A stretch of DNA of 64,000 bases from an uncultured Chloroflexia bacterium. GTDB taxonomy: Bacteria; Chloroflexota; Limnocylindria; Limnocylindrales; CSP1-4. A program made the position numbers and the translations under genes. Under the pieces are notes generated by a model. That model had not been told where the DNA came from and ran no database searches. It worked only from the letters and a program-made list of their open reading frames with translations. This document shows, in pieces, positions 40,449 to 51,903 of this stretch; position 1 is the first letter of the stretch; every line of letters starts with the position of its first letter. The stretch lies in the NCBI GenBank assembly GCA_963813335.1, contig CAWEYL010000003.1, positions 64,001 through 128,000 of the forward strand, given 5' to 3'.

Positions 40449-41705
40449 ATGGCAGAACGCGATCTCGACCGGATCATCGACCGGGTGGACACGGCCAGGG
40501 TGAGCCGGCGCGGCTTCCTGGCAGCGTCCGGTCTGACCGGCATGGCGGCCTTCCTGGCGGCGTGCGGCGCGAGCGGCTCGTCGAGCGCCCCGTCGGCGGC
40601 GGCATCGGCCTCCGCGGCGGCATCGGCCGCGGCATCGGCCGCGCCATCGCTCGCAGAATCGGCGGCGCCGTCCGGCCCGATCGGCGGGACCGGGACGACC
40701 GAAGGCGCCTTCTACCTCTACAACTGGGCGGACTACACCGACCTCAACAACATCGAGACGTTCAAGAAGAACTACGGCATCACCGACTGGTCGTACGACA
40801 CGTTCGGCTCGAACGACGAGATGATCACGACCCTGCAGGGCGGCAAGATCGGCCAGTTCGACGTGTCGGCGCCGACCTCCGACCTCGTCCCGACCCTCGT
40901 CGCCGACAAGTTCATCCAGAAGATCGACTGGTCGAAGGTTCCGAACGTCAAGTACATCAATCCGGCGTTCAGGAAGCAGTGGTGGGACCCGAACGACGAG
41001 TACAGCCTGCCGAAGGACTGGGGCACGACCGGGATCACCGTCCGCACGAAGGACGTCAAGGAGCCGCTCACCACCTGGAAGCAGTTCTTCGACCTTGGTG
41101 AGAAGTACTCCGGGCGGATCATCGCGGTGAACTCGCAGGTCGACGTCTTCGCTGCCGCGCTGAAGGCACTCGGCTATTCGGTCAACACCGAGGACAGCAC
41201 CCAGCTCGACGAGATGAAGAAGCTCCTCCTCGGCTGGTCGCCGCATCTCCTCGCCCTCAACTCGGACACCTATGAGGTCCCCCTGGGGAACGAGGAGGCC
41301 GTCCTCGGCCTGACCTGGACGGGTGGCGTATCGGACCTGAAGAAGGCCGCGGCCACGGCGGACACGCAGTACATCATCCCGGACGACGGGACCCTGTACT
41401 GGGTGGACACCTGGGTCATCCTCGCGGAGGCGCCGCATCCGCAAGCGGCCCACGCCTGGCTCAACTTCATGCAGGACCCGCAGATCAACGCGATCGAGAC
41501 CGAGACGAACCAGTACGCCACGCCGAACGACGAGGCGAAGAAGTACATCTCGCCGGAGACGCTCAACGACCCGGTGATCTTCATCCCCGAAGACGTGGTC
41601 AAGGCGGGCATCGGCTCGGGCAAGTGGGAGGTCTCGAAGGACTGGTCCGGGAGCACCCAGCGCAGCGATATCTGGGCGGAGTTCTCGGCCAAGATCGGCA
41701 AGTAG
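40449..41705 (+). CDS. potD: Polyamine ABC transporter substrate-binding Tat lipoprotein
   Basis: SRRGFL Tat motif, LAAC lipobox, LYNWADY, WGTTGI and WVDTWVI. Confidence 0.85.
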   Translation: MAERDLDRIIDRVDTARVSRRGFLAASGLTGMAAFLAACGASGSSSAPSAAASASAAASAAASAAPSLAESAAPSGPIGGTGTTEGAFYLYNWADYTDLNNIETFKKNYGITDWSYDTFGSNDEMITTLQGGKIGQFDVSAPTSDLVPTLVADKFIQKIDWSKVPNVKYINPAFRKQWWDPNDEYSLPKDWGTTGITVRTKDVKEPLTTWKQFFDLGEKYSGRIIAVNSQVDVFAAALKALGYSVNTEDSTQLDEMKKLLLGWSPHLLALNSDTYEVPLGNEEAVLGLTWTGGVSDLKKAAATADTQYIIPDDGTLYWVDTWVILAEAPHPQAAHAWLNFMQDPQINAIETETNQYATPNDEAKKYISPETLNDPVIFIPEDVVKAGIGSGKWEVSKDWSGSTQRSDIWAEFSAKIGK

Positions 41706-41724
41706 CCGCCGCGCGCGAGTCCCC

Positions 41725-42624
41725 ATGGCCACGGTGACGGCGCCCGCCCCGAAGCGGGCGTCGTCCGCGCCACGGTTCCGGTCCGGGCTGCTGACCGGCC
41801 TGCTCATCCTGCCCGCGGGCCTGTGGTACCTGATCCTGCTCGTCGCGCCGATCGCGATCGTCATCCTGTTCAGCTTCGGCCGCCGCGGGGCTACCGGCGG
41901 CTACGGCGGCGGCTTCACGCTCGACAACTACGCCGGGGTCCTGAACCAGCCGGACCCGATCATGACCAGCCTCTTCCTCGCGACCGCGGGGACGATCCTG
42001 TGCCTCCTCATCGGCCTTCCCCTCGCCTACTACATCGCGACCCGGGCCGGCACCCGCAAGTCGCTCTACCTGATCCTCCTGGTCATCCCCTTCTGGACGA
42101 GCTTCCTCATCCGGACCTATGCCTGGCTGATGATCCTGGGGCCGGATGGGGCGGCCGGGTTCATCGGCGACCTGACCGGCAACCCGAGCTTCCGGATCCT
42201 CGGGACGGAGCAGGCGGTGCTGATGGGGCTCGTCTACGGCTACCTGCCGCTGATGGTGTTCCCGCTCTACGTGACCCTCGAGCGGATGGACCGGACCCTC
42301 GTCGAGGCGTCCAAGGACCTCGGCGCCGGACGCTGGGCGACCTTCCGCCAGATCACCCTGCCGGTGATGATGCCGGGCCTCATCTCGGGCAGCATCCTCG
42401 TCTTCATCCCGATGATGGGCGAGTACGTCATCCCCCAGATCCTGGGCTACGGCCAGGTCTTCACGATGGGGAACGCGCTCGTCCTGCGCTTCCTCGAATC
42501 GCGCAACTGGCCCGCCGGCGCCGCCCAGGCCGTGGCGCTCATCGTGGTCATGCTCATCACGATCACGGTCTACCTGTGGTACCTGAACCGCGGCCGGCGT
42601 GACCGCGACGTGAGCATCCTGTGA
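41725..42624 (+). CDS. potB: Polyamine ABC transporter permease
   Basis: IPFWTSFLIRTYAW and EASKDLGA. Confidence 0.9.
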   Translation: MATVTAPAPKRASSAPRFRSGLLTGLLILPAGLWYLILLVAPIAIVILFSFGRRGATGGYGGGFTLDNYAGVLNQPDPIMTSLFLATAGTILCLLIGLPLAYYIATRAGTRKSLYLILLVIPFWTSFLIRTYAWLMILGPDGAAGFIGDLTGNPSFRILGTEQAVLMGLVYGYLPLMVFPLYVTLERMDRTLVEASKDLGAGRWATFRQITLPVMMPGLISGSILVFIPMMGEYVIPQILGYGQVFTMGNALVLRFLESRNWPAGAAQAVALIVVMLITITVYLWYLNRGRRDRDVSIL

Positions 42625-43580
42625 CCGCGCCGTCGATCCCGGCCGCCGCGGCCCGGCCGACCCGTGGCCGCGCGCGCCGGCGGGTGGACCGCGGCGCCCA
42701 GGCCGTCGAGGTCTGGCTGCGCGCGCACACCGCCCTGGTCCTGCTGTTCCTGTACCTGCCGATCGTCGTCGTCGTCGTGTTCAGCTTCAACGGCACCGCG
42801 CGCCGCGTGACCCAATGGGACGGCCTCAGCCTGCGCTGGTACGAGTTCGTCCTCGCCAGCGCGGAGATCCAGAAATACCTGTGGAACAGCCTGATCGTCG
42901 GGTTGGCGACCGGCATCATCGCCACCGTCGCCGGGACCATGGCCGCCCTCGGCCTGCAGCGCGCGCCGAAGTGGTTCCGCATCCCGTTCGACGGCCTGAC
43001 CTACGTCAGCATCATCGTCCCCGAGCTCGTGATCGCCCTGGCCACGCTGGTGTTCTTCGCGAGCACCATCGGCCGCGACGGCGTGATCACCAACGCGACC
43101 GGCGTGGAGCTCGGGTTCGGGTACCACACCATCGTGGGCGCCCTGACGCTCTTCAACATCAGCCTCGTGATCCTCCTCGTCCGGGCGCGCATGGCCGGGA
43201 TGGACCGCAACCACGTCGAGGCCAGCTTCGACCTGTACGCGACGCCGTGGCGGACGTTCTGGCAGATCACCTTCCCCCAGCTGCTGCCCGCGATCGTGGC
43301 CGGGTTCCTGTTGTCGTTCACGTTCGCCTTCGACGACTACCTCATCACGACGTTCGTCAACGGGCGCGGGACGTCGACCCTGCCGCTGTACGTCTTCGGC
43401 CAGATCAAGCGCGGCGTCACGCCGGCGACCAACGCGGTCGCCTCGCTGATGCTGCTCGTGACCCTGGCGCTGCTCATCGGCGGCCAGTTCCTGCTGACCC
43501 GCAACAGCCGCCGGCGCGGCGGCGAGGGCGGCCAGGTCGGCGGCGTCGTGGGGATGGTCACCGAGCAGTCGGGCGGCTGA
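42621..43580 (+). CDS. potC: Polyamine ABC transporter permease
   Basis: FLYLPI..FSFN, EASFDL, FDDYLIT and TLPLY. Confidence 0.9.
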   Translation: MTAPSIPAAAARPTRGRARRRVDRGAQAVEVWLRAHTALVLLFLYLPIVVVVVFSFNGTARRVTQWDGLSLRWYEFVLASAEIQKYLWNSLIVGLATGIIATVAGTMAALGLQRAPKWFRIPFDGLTYVSIIVPELVIALATLVFFASTIGRDGVITNATGVELGFGYHTIVGALTLFNISLVILLVRARMAGMDRNHVEASFDLYATPWRTFWQITFPQLLPAIVAGFLLSFTFAFDDYLITTFVNGRGTSTLPLYVFGQIKRGVTPATNAVASLMLLVTLALLIGGQFLLTRNSRRRGGEGGQVGGVVGMVTEQSGG

Positions 43581-43613
43581 CCGCGCGGTCCGGAAGACGC
43601 GCTCAGGCGGGGG

Positions 43614-44873
43614 TCAGGGCGGGCTGAGCCAGACGGTCGGGATCGCGGCGTCCGGGGCGCCGAAGGTGCCCACGGCGGCGAACCCGCCGCCGACCGCGGT
43701 GATGCCCTCGATCTTGCCCTGGCTGAGCGCGGCCGACTCGTTCGCGCGTTCCCAGGTCAGCGCGTCCGTCGAGACCCACGCGACGCCGGTCGGATACTGC
43801 GTCCCGAACAGCCGATGGCCGACAGCGACCAGCCGCGTGCCATCCCAGGCGACGTCGTGCATCTCGATCCCGAGCCCGAAGTTGTCGAGGCTCGGGGCAT
43901 CGGGCGCGATCGTCCAGGCGGCGCCGTCCGTCGAGCGCCAGACGACGGCCCGCGTGCTGTCCGCCGAGTTCCCGACGGCGACCAGCCCCAGCGCGCCGGC
44001 CGGTGCCAGCTCGCGCATCACCCCGGCCCGCAGGGCGGGCTGGTCGGCGACCCGGGTCCAGGTCCGGCCATCGCGCGAGGTCCAGGCCGCCGACCCGTCT
44101 GCCGTCCGGGCGTCCCCGGTCGCCCCGACCGCGACGAACCCGGTCCCGGGCATGGCCTCGACGGCCGCCACCCGCGTGCCGGCGGGAGTCCCGTCCAGCG
44201 TGCCGCGGGTCCACGCGCGGCCGTCCGGGCTCCACCAGAAGCGGGCCTCGATCGGGCCGGCCAGCCCGCCGAGGTAGCCGACGGCGACGTAGCCCGCGGG
44301 CGAGCTCGCGACGCCGGTCATGCGCACCTGGGTCGAGTCATGGAGGTCGGGGGCGTCCGGCGCGGCCGACCAGGAGCGGCCATCGGTCGAGGACCACGCG
44401 GCCGCATGGTCGCCCGCGGACCCGACGGCCACCACGCCCGCCGGGCCGTCGCTCACCGCCACCGCCTGCGAACCGTCCGCTGCCGGGAAGGCGGCGATCC
44501 TGCCCCACCGCCGGGCATCCGTGGACAGCCAGGCGCTGGCCGTCACCGCCCGGTCGTCGTAGCCCACCGCCACGAGGCCGACCGACGTCAGCGCGACGTC
44601 GAGGAGGTCGGCCTGACCGCCCTGGTAGTGCTCGGGGTGGCCGAGCGAACCCGGGTTGATGTAGGGCGGGGTGGACGCCGTCGCATCACCGGGCGGCGCA
44701 TCGACCACGTCGGCCTTGCCCCAGTCGAGCCCCAGGACGTGCGTGGTCGGCTCGGGCGTGGGGACCGCCGTCGGTGACCCGGCAGGCTGGACCGGGGCCG
44801 TCCCGCAGCCGGCCGCGAGGACGCCGGCGACCAGCAGGCCCGCCGCCCGGCCGCGCGATGAACGGGGGCTCAC
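43614..44873 (-). CDS. Lipoprotein with Asp-box-like (W-x-S-x-D-G-x-x-W) beta-propeller repeats
   Basis: Lipobox AAGC, six WxSxD(G/A)xxW repeats and seven (V/A)AVG strands. Confidence 0.78.
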   Translation of the reverse strand: MSPRSSRGRAAGLLVAGVLAAGCGTAPVQPAGSPTAVPTPEPTTHVLGLDWGKADVVDAPPGDATASTPPYINPGSLGHPEHYQGGQADLLDVALTSVGLVAVGYDDRAVTASAWLSTDARRWGRIAAFPAADGSQAVAVSDGPAGVVAVGSAGDHAAAWSSTDGRSWSAAPDAPDLHDSTQVRMTGVASSPAGYVAVGYLGGLAGPIEARFWWSPDGRAWTRGTLDGTPAGTRVAAVEAMPGTGFVAVGATGDARTADGSAAWTSRDGRTWTRVADQPALRAGVMRELAPAGALGLVAVGNSADSTRAVVWRSTDGAAWTIAPDAPSLDNFGLGIEMHDVAWDGTRLVAVGHRLFGTQYPTGVAWVSTDALTWERANESAALSQGKIEGITAVGGGFAAVGTFGAPDAAIPTVWLSPP

Positions 44874-44889
44874 CCCAGGGCGATCGCGG

Positions 44890-46110
<1,221 letters not shown>

Positions 46111-46170
46111 CGGGTGGGGACGGCCTCCTGGGCGTGGTTCGGTCGGACGGAGGGTAGCACGCGACGCCCG

Positions 46171-47745
46171 TCAGACCCCCGTGCGGACCGCCTCGAGGTC
46201 GAGATCCCGTTCGACGCGGCGGAGCGCCTCGTCGCCGATCGCGCCGTCGTCGCGCAGGCGGATGACGGCCTCGCGCTGGGCCGCCACGATCGACAGCCGG
46301 ATGGCCTGGTGGTCCAGCCGTTCCTGGTCCTCCTCGTCGGGCGCCCCCTCCGCCCCGTTCGTCGCGTGGCTCGCCTCGTGCTCGTAGCGCTCGCGCAGCT
46401 GGACCACCAGGGGGAGGTGGTCGGGGAATTCCTCGGCCAGCCCGTCGAGGCGGAGCAGCGCCGCGTCGACGGCCGCCTGGCGGGCGACGGCCTCCTCGCG
46501 CTCGGCGCTCGTGCCGGCCACGATGCCCAGCCGGCGGATGACCCACGGCAGCGAGAGGCCCTGCCCGACGAGCGTGGCCAGGATGACGCAGTAGGCCAGG
46601 TAGATGATCAGGTCGCGGCCGGGTACCGCCAGCGGGAGCGACAGCGCGGCGGCCAGCGAGACCACGCCGCGCATCCCGGCCCACGACACCACGAAGACCG
46701 AGGCCGCCGGGGCCGGCGCGCCCGCCCGGACCTTCGCGCTGAGCCAGCGCGGCACGTAGGTCGCCGGGAACACCCAGACGATGCGGGCCAGGATCACGGT
46801 CAGGCTGATCGCGACCCCGAGCCCGATCAGCTCCGCGGTGCTGCGCTGGAGCCCGACCAGGATCGCCGGCAGCTGCAGGCCCACGAGCAGGAACGCGAAG
46901 CCGTTGATCACGAAGATCAGGACGTTCCAGACGCCGCGGCCCGCGAGCCGCCCATCGGGTGACAGGGCGCGCGCGGCCTTGCGGCCGGCGATGACGCCCG
47001 CCGTGACGGTGGCGAGCACGCCGCTCAGACCGAGGGTCTCGGCCGACAGGTAGGCGATCAGCGGCGCCAGCAGCGAGAGGGCGATCTCGAGGGTGGCGTC
47101 GGTCGTCCGTCGCCACGCCGCCACGACCGCCGTCCCCACGACGATCCCGACGAGCACGCCACCCACCCCGACGACGACGAACGACGCGCCCGCCCCGACC
47201 AGGGAGAAGGACCCGGTCGCGATCGCCAGCACCGCGACGCGGAACAGGATGAGGGCGGATGCGTCGTTGATCAGGCTCTCCCCCTCCAGGATCGTCACGA
47301 CCCGCGACGGCACGCCGAGGCGGCGGAAGATCGCCGTCGCGGCGACCGCGTCGGGCGGCGCGACGATGGCCCCGAGCGCGACGGCCGGCCACCAGCCGAG
47401 ATCGGGGATCAGCGCGTTGGCGACGAGCGCGACGGCGATGGTGGTGAACAGGACGAGCCCGATCGCCAGGAGCCCGATGGGGCGCAGGTTCGCCTTGAAA
47501 TCGCGGATGGGCGTGTCGAACCCGGCCCCGAACAGGATCGGTGGCAGGAAGAGCAGGAAGACGACATCCGGCGGCAGCTCGATCACCTGGATGTCGCCGA
47601 TCCGCGAGAAGACGAACCCGAGGGCGAGGCCGCCCAGGACGAGGGCGATCGGATACGGGATGCCGATGCGCCTGGCCAGGTAGGCGAGCCCGAGGGCCAC
47701 CACCAGCAGCAGCAGGACGAGTTCGATCGCGGTCTGGGCGTCCAT
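46171..47745 (-). CDS. Na+/H+ antiporter, CPA1 (NhaP/YjcE) family
   Basis: LFLPPILF, PPDAVA, LEGESLINDA and WAGMRGVVSLAAAL. Confidence 0.92.
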   Translation of the reverse strand: MDAQTAIELVLLLLVVALGLAYLARRIGIPYPIALVLGGLALGFVFSRIGDIQVIELPPDVVFLLFLPPILFGAGFDTPIRDFKANLRPIGLLAIGLVLFTTIAVALVANALIPDLGWWPAVALGAIVAPPDAVAATAIFRRLGVPSRVVTILEGESLINDASALILFRVAVLAIATGSFSLVGAGASFVVVGVGGVLVGIVVGTAVVAAWRRTTDATLEIALSLLAPLIAYLSAETLGLSGVLATVTAGVIAGRKAARALSPDGRLAGRGVWNVLIFVINGFAFLLVGLQLPAILVGLQRSTAELIGLGVAISLTVILARIVWVFPATYVPRWLSAKVRAGAPAPAASVFVVSWAGMRGVVSLAAALSLPLAVPGRDLIIYLAYCVILATLVGQGLSLPWVIRRLGIVAGTSAEREEAVARQAAVDAALLRLDGLAEEFPDHLPLVVQLRERYEHEASHATNGAEGAPDEEDQERLDHQAIRLSIVAAQREAVIRLRDDGAIGDEALRRVERDLDLEAVRTGV

Positions 47746-47760
47746 CGGTCGCGACCCGGG

Positions 47761-49758
47761 TCAGTCGGTGGCGGACGGCGCGGCGGTCGCCGCCGTGGCC
47801 GCGGCGGATCGTGCCCGCCACGCGTCGAGGCCCGCGAGCTCCACCGGCTCGACCGCGTCGGCGGGCTCGAAGCCGAAGACCTGGCCGAGGAACGAGATCT
47901 CGGCCTCGAGCGAGCGGCGGATGGCGGCCGCGCCGCGGAACCCGTGGCCCTCGCCCGCGAAGGCGAGGTACGCGTACGGGATGCCGTTCGCGGCCAGCGC
48001 CGCGACGATCGCCTCGGCCTCGGCCGGGACGACCACCCGGTCCTCGAGGCCCTGCAGGACCAGGACCGGGACGGCGATCCGGTCGAAGGCGTGGACCGGC
48101 GAACGGCTCCGATAGCGCTCGATGGCCGCCGGGTACGGGCCGACCAGGCGGTCCGTGTAGCGCGACTCGAACTTGTGCGTGTCGCGGGCCAGCGTCGCGA
48201 GGTCGCCGACGCCGTAGGCGCTGATCCCGGCGGCGAACCGGTCGCGGAACGCGAGCGCCGCGAGCGTGGTGAACCCGCCGGCGCTGCCGCCGGAGATCAC
48301 CATCCGGCGCGGATCCACGACGCCGCGCTCGACCAGGGCGTCGGCCGCGGCCACGCAGTCGTCGACGTCGACGACGCCCCACGCCCCGTCGAGCTGGCGG
48401 CGGACGTCGCGGCCATAGCCGGTGCTGCCGCCGTAGTCGACGTCGACGATCGCGACCCCTCGGCTCGTCCACAGCTGGATGGCCAGGTTGAGGCTGGTGG
48501 AGGCGTTCGAGGTCGGCCCGCCGTGCACGAGCACCCGCAGGGGCGGCAGCTCGCCGGGCGGGCCGACGAACGCGGGGTTGCGGGGTGCGTAGTAGAGCGC
48601 GTGCGCCGTCCGGCCGCCGCTCGTGGCGAACTCGATCGGCTCGGGGATGGAGATGACCGTCGCATCGAGGGTCAGCGAGCTCGCCCTGCGCAGGACCCCG
48701 GCCGGCGCGAGGGTCTCGGTGTCCAGCCGGACCACGACGGCGGGACTGCCAGGGGCGCCGGCAAGCGTGATGACCCCGGCGGGCCCTGCCTGGAGGCCCT
48801 CGAACTCCGTGAACCCGCTCTCGACCTCGCCCACGAAATCGCCCGGGGCGATGTGGAACAGCCGGTCCCGGCCGGCGCGGCGACCGACCGCGACCAGCGA
48901 CCCGTCGGGCAGGAACGCGTACGACGAGCGGCCGAAGATCCAGGCCGGGTCGGCGAACTCCGCCTCCATCGGGGCCAGCGGCTCGAGCCGCGGGCCGTCC
49001 ACGAGCCGATACAGGTTCCACCAGCCGCTCCGGTCCGAGACGAGGTGCAGCGTGCCGTCCGGGGCGAACTCGGGCTGGACGATCGATTCGTCCGGTCCGC
49101 CCGCGGCCAGGACCGGCTCGCCGAGGGTCCCGTCCGGCCCGATCGACGCGACCCGCAGGCGGGTCGCGTCCCAGGGCATGTCGGGGTGGTCCCACTCGAG
49201 CCAGGCGAGCCGCGACCCGTCCGGGGAGACGCGCGGCGACGAGACGAAGTCGGGCCCCGAGACGAGGACGCGCGGGTCGCGGTCGCCGTCGAGCGGCACG
49301 TCGACGATCTCGTTGACCGCCTCGCCCTCGCCGCCGTGATCCTCGCGGACCGCGATGAAGCGACGGCGCGCGGCGTCGAACCGGAGATCGGCGTAGCGCC
49401 ACGGGCCGGGCGGCGTGATCGCGACGGGGGTCGTGACCCCGGGGTCGAGCCGGTAGAGCCGGCTGTCGGCGCCGTCGGAGAAGGCCACGACCCCGCCGGC
49501 GACCGCATAGGCGCCGCCGCCGTACTCGTGGACCCCGGTCCGGACCGAGATCGGCGCGTCGGTCAGGTCCGCGATCGAGCCGTCCGCGGCCGCCCGGACC
49601 AGGACCCGCCGGCCCGCCTCGGCCGGGCGGCCTTCCAGCCAGTAGACGTCGTCCCCGTCGAGCCATGGCTCGGCAAGGGTGACCAGGTCGCCGACGAGGT
49701 CGTCCACCCGGACCGGGCTGCGCCACGATCCGTACGGCGCGACCTCCGGTTCGGTCAT
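47761..49758 (-). CDS. S9 prolyl oligopeptidase/acylaminoacyl peptidase family protein
   Basis: APYGSWRSP, propeller domain, HGGPT, nucleophile GGSAGG, QGLED and GEGHGF. Confidence 0.93.
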   Translation of the reverse strand: MTEPEVAPYGSWRSPVRVDDLVGDLVTLAEPWLDGDDVYWLEGRPAEAGRRVLVRAAADGSIADLTDAPISVRTGVHEYGGGAYAVAGGVVAFSDGADSRLYRLDPGVTTPVAITPPGPWRYADLRFDAARRRFIAVREDHGGEGEAVNEIVDVPLDGDRDPRVLVSGPDFVSSPRVSPDGSRLAWLEWDHPDMPWDATRLRVASIGPDGTLGEPVLAAGGPDESIVQPEFAPDGTLHLVSDRSGWWNLYRLVDGPRLEPLAPMEAEFADPAWIFGRSSYAFLPDGSLVAVGRRAGRDRLFHIAPGDFVGEVESGFTEFEGLQAGPAGVITLAGAPGSPAVVVRLDTETLAPAGVLRRASSLTLDATVISIPEPIEFATSGGRTAHALYYAPRNPAFVGPPGELPPLRVLVHGGPTSNASTSLNLAIQLWTSRGVAIVDVDYGGSTGYGRDVRRQLDGAWGVVDVDDCVAAADALVERGVVDPRRMVISGGSAGGFTTLAALAFRDRFAAGISAYGVGDLATLARDTHKFESRYTDRLVGPYPAAIERYRSRSPVHAFDRIAVPVLVLQGLEDRVVVPAEAEAIVAALAANGIPYAYLAFAGEGHGFRGAAAIRRSLEAEISFLGQVFGFEPADAVEPVELAGLDAWRARSAAATAATAAPSATD

Positions 49759-49765
49759 CCGCGGA

Positions 49766-51040
49766 TCAAGTGCCGTGCTGCCACGAGGACACGTAGGCGG
49801 CCTGCTCGGCGGTCATCGGCTCGAGCACGATGCCCAGCGCGGCCAGCTTGAGCCGTGCGACCTCGGCGTCGATCGCCTCGGGGACGACGTAGACCTTGGC
49901 CTCCAGCTCGCCGTGGTGCAGCGCCACGTACTCGGCCGACAGCGCCTGGTTAGCGAAGCTCATGTCCATCACCGCGGCCGGGTGGCCCTCGGCGGCACCG
50001 AGGTTGACCAGGCGACCCTCGGCGATGAGGTGCAGCTTCTTCCCGCCCAGGTCGAACTCCTGGACGTTGTCGCGGACCTCGCGGACGTGGCCCTCGGCCA
50101 GCTCGCGCAGGGCGGCCAGGTCGAGCTCGGCGTCGAAGTGGCCCGAGTTCGCCATGATCGCGCCGTCGCGCATGGCCTCGAAGTGCTCGCGGCGGAAGAC
50201 GTTGAGGTTGCCGGTCGCGGTCACGAAGAGCTCGCCCCAGCGGGCGGCCTCGCTGTGGGTCATCACCGAGAAGCCGTCCATCAGCGCCTCGAGCGCGCGG
50301 ACGGGGTCGACCTCGACGACCGCGACATGGGCGCCGTGGCCGTCCATCCGCGAGGCGATCCCCTTGCCTACCCAGCCATAGCCGGCGACGACGACCTTGC
50401 GGCCGGCGATGAGGATGTTGGTCGCGCGCAGGATCCCGTCGACCGTGCTCTGGCCGGTGCCGTAGCGGTTGTCGAAGAGGTGCTTGGTCTGGGCCTCGTT
50501 GACCGCGACGACCGGGAAGCCGAGCGCGCCGTCCGCGGCCATCGCCTTGAGGCGGATCACGCCGGTCGTGGTCTCCTCGGTCCCGGCGAGGACCTCCTTG
50601 ACCTGCCCCGGGCGCTCGCTGTGGAGCAGCGAGACCAGGTCGCAGCCATCGTCCATGGTGATCTGCGGCCGCGCGTCCGCGACGGCGTTGAGATGCGCGT
50701 AGTAGGTGTCGCGGTCCTCGCCTCGGCGCGCGTACGTCGCGATCCCGTATTCGGCGACGAGCGCCGCGGCCACGTCGTCCTTGGTCGACAGCGGGTTCGA
50801 GGCCGCGAGGAACACCTCCGCGCCGCCGGCCTTGAGGGTTCGCATCAGATTGGCGGTCTCGGTGGTGACGTGGAGGCAGGCGCCGATGCGCAGCCCGTCG
50901 AGCGGGCGGTCGCGCTCGAAGCGCTCGCGGATCAGGCGCAGGACGGGCATCTCCCGCTCGGCCCATTCGATACGTCGGACGCCTTCGGCCGCGAGGCCGA
51001 GGTCCGTGACGTCGTGGGCGGGGGCCGTGGTGGCGGTCAT
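49766..51040 (-). CDS. ahcY: Adenosylhomocysteinase
   Basis: [44 protein letters not shown] and [11 protein letters not shown]. Confidence 0.96.
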   Translation of the reverse strand: MTATTAPAHDVTDLGLAAEGVRRIEWAEREMPVLRLIRERFERDRPLDGLRIGACLHVTTETANLMRTLKAGGAEVFLAASNPLSTKDDVAAALVAEYGIATYARRGEDRDTYYAHLNAVADARPQITMDDGCDLVSLLHSERPGQVKEVLAGTEETTTGVIRLKAMAADGALGFPVVAVNEAQTKHLFDNRYGTGQSTVDGILRATNILIAGRKVVVAGYGWVGKGIASRMDGHGAHVAVVEVDPVRALEALMDGFSVMTHSEAARWGELFVTATGNLNVFRREHFEAMRDGAIMANSGHFDAELDLAALRELAEGHVREVRDNVQEFDLGGKKLHLIAEGRLVNLGAAEGHPAAVMDMSFANQALSAEYVALHHGELEAKVYVVPEAIDAEVARLKLAALGIVLEPMTAEQAAYVSSWQHGT

Positions 51041-51903
51041 CAGGTGTCGGTCTCCTTGCGGGCGAAGAGGCGGCGCAGCGGCGCCGCGAGGTCGGGCCAG
51101 GGCGAGCCCAGGCGATGGATGAGGCGTTCCTCGAAGCGGGTGTGCTCGGCAAACCCGAGCCTGCGGTAGGCGTTCAGGGCGGGCGGGTTGTCGGCTCGCA
51201 CGTTGAGCACGACCTGGTCGCACGAGCGGAGGAGCTCGGCGGTGACCGCCCCGGTCACCGCGGTCGCGAACCCGCGTCCACGATAGTCGATGTGGGTCAG
51301 GACGTTGCCGATGACGGCGAGCCGCGCCGTCGGGCTGATGACGTGCGTGCCGGCCGCGGCGACCAGCATGCCGTTCGCGCGGACGCCGTAGTAGACGCCC
51401 TCGGTGATCGCCCCGGTCGGCAGCCACGAGGCGAAGCCGAGCTGGTAGAGCCGGTTCAGGTCCCCGATGTCGACCGGCAGGATGCGCTGGACCGTGGCCG
51501 GGTACGGGCGGAAATGGGCCCGGTCGACCCACATCCGGACCATCTCGGGCCCTGGGTCGACGCGGTAGAAGGCCGCGACCGCGGCCATGACGTCGGGGCG
51601 CATCGCCGCGTACGCCGCGCGCGGGCGGATGACGTCGCGGAGGATCGTGGCGATGCCGTCGGGGCGGCCCATGACGAAGAGCGGCTGCGGGGTGGGGCCG
51701 TTGTACTCGAGGACCAGCGAGACCGGCGAATCGCCGGCCCACGCCACGCCCCAGCGCGTCCGGGCGAACTCGCGCTCCTCAAGGTCGCAGAGCGCGTAGG
51801 CGCTGTACAGCCGGTCTCCCTCGAGGAACGAGCGCAGGAGCGCCCGGTCCGTGGTGGTGCGGGCCACCAGGTCGTCGCGTCGCCCCATCGCGACCGTGAC
51901 CAT
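51040..51903 (-). CDS. GNAT (FR47-like) N-acetyltransferase
   Basis: [16 protein letters not shown] and [18 protein letters not shown]-coupled to both neighbours. Confidence 0.88.
   Translation of the reverse strand: MVTVAMGRRDDLVARTTTDRALLRSFLEGDRLYSAYALCDLEEREFARTRWGVAWAGDSPVSLVLEYNGPTPQPLFVMGRPDGIATILRDVIRPRAAYAAMRPDVMAAVAAFYRVDPGPEMVRMWVDRAHFRPYPATVQRILPVDIGDLNRLYQLGFASWLPTGAITEGVYYGVRANGMLVAAAGTHVISPTARLAVIGNVLTHIDYRGRGFATAVTGAVTAELLRSCDQVVLNVRADNPPALNAYRRLGFAEHTRFEERLIHRLGSPWPDLAAPLRRLFARKETDT

Noticed and set aside
40590-40650. GCGGCATCGGCC repeats in potD, with similar tracts in other lipoproteins
   Set aside because: They encode ordinary Ser/Ala flexible linkers after the lipobox.
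46111-46170. Possible SAM riboswitch upstream of metK
   Set aside because: Only about 40 nt lie between the extended -10 and the ATG, and I see no SAM-I, II or IV core motifs.
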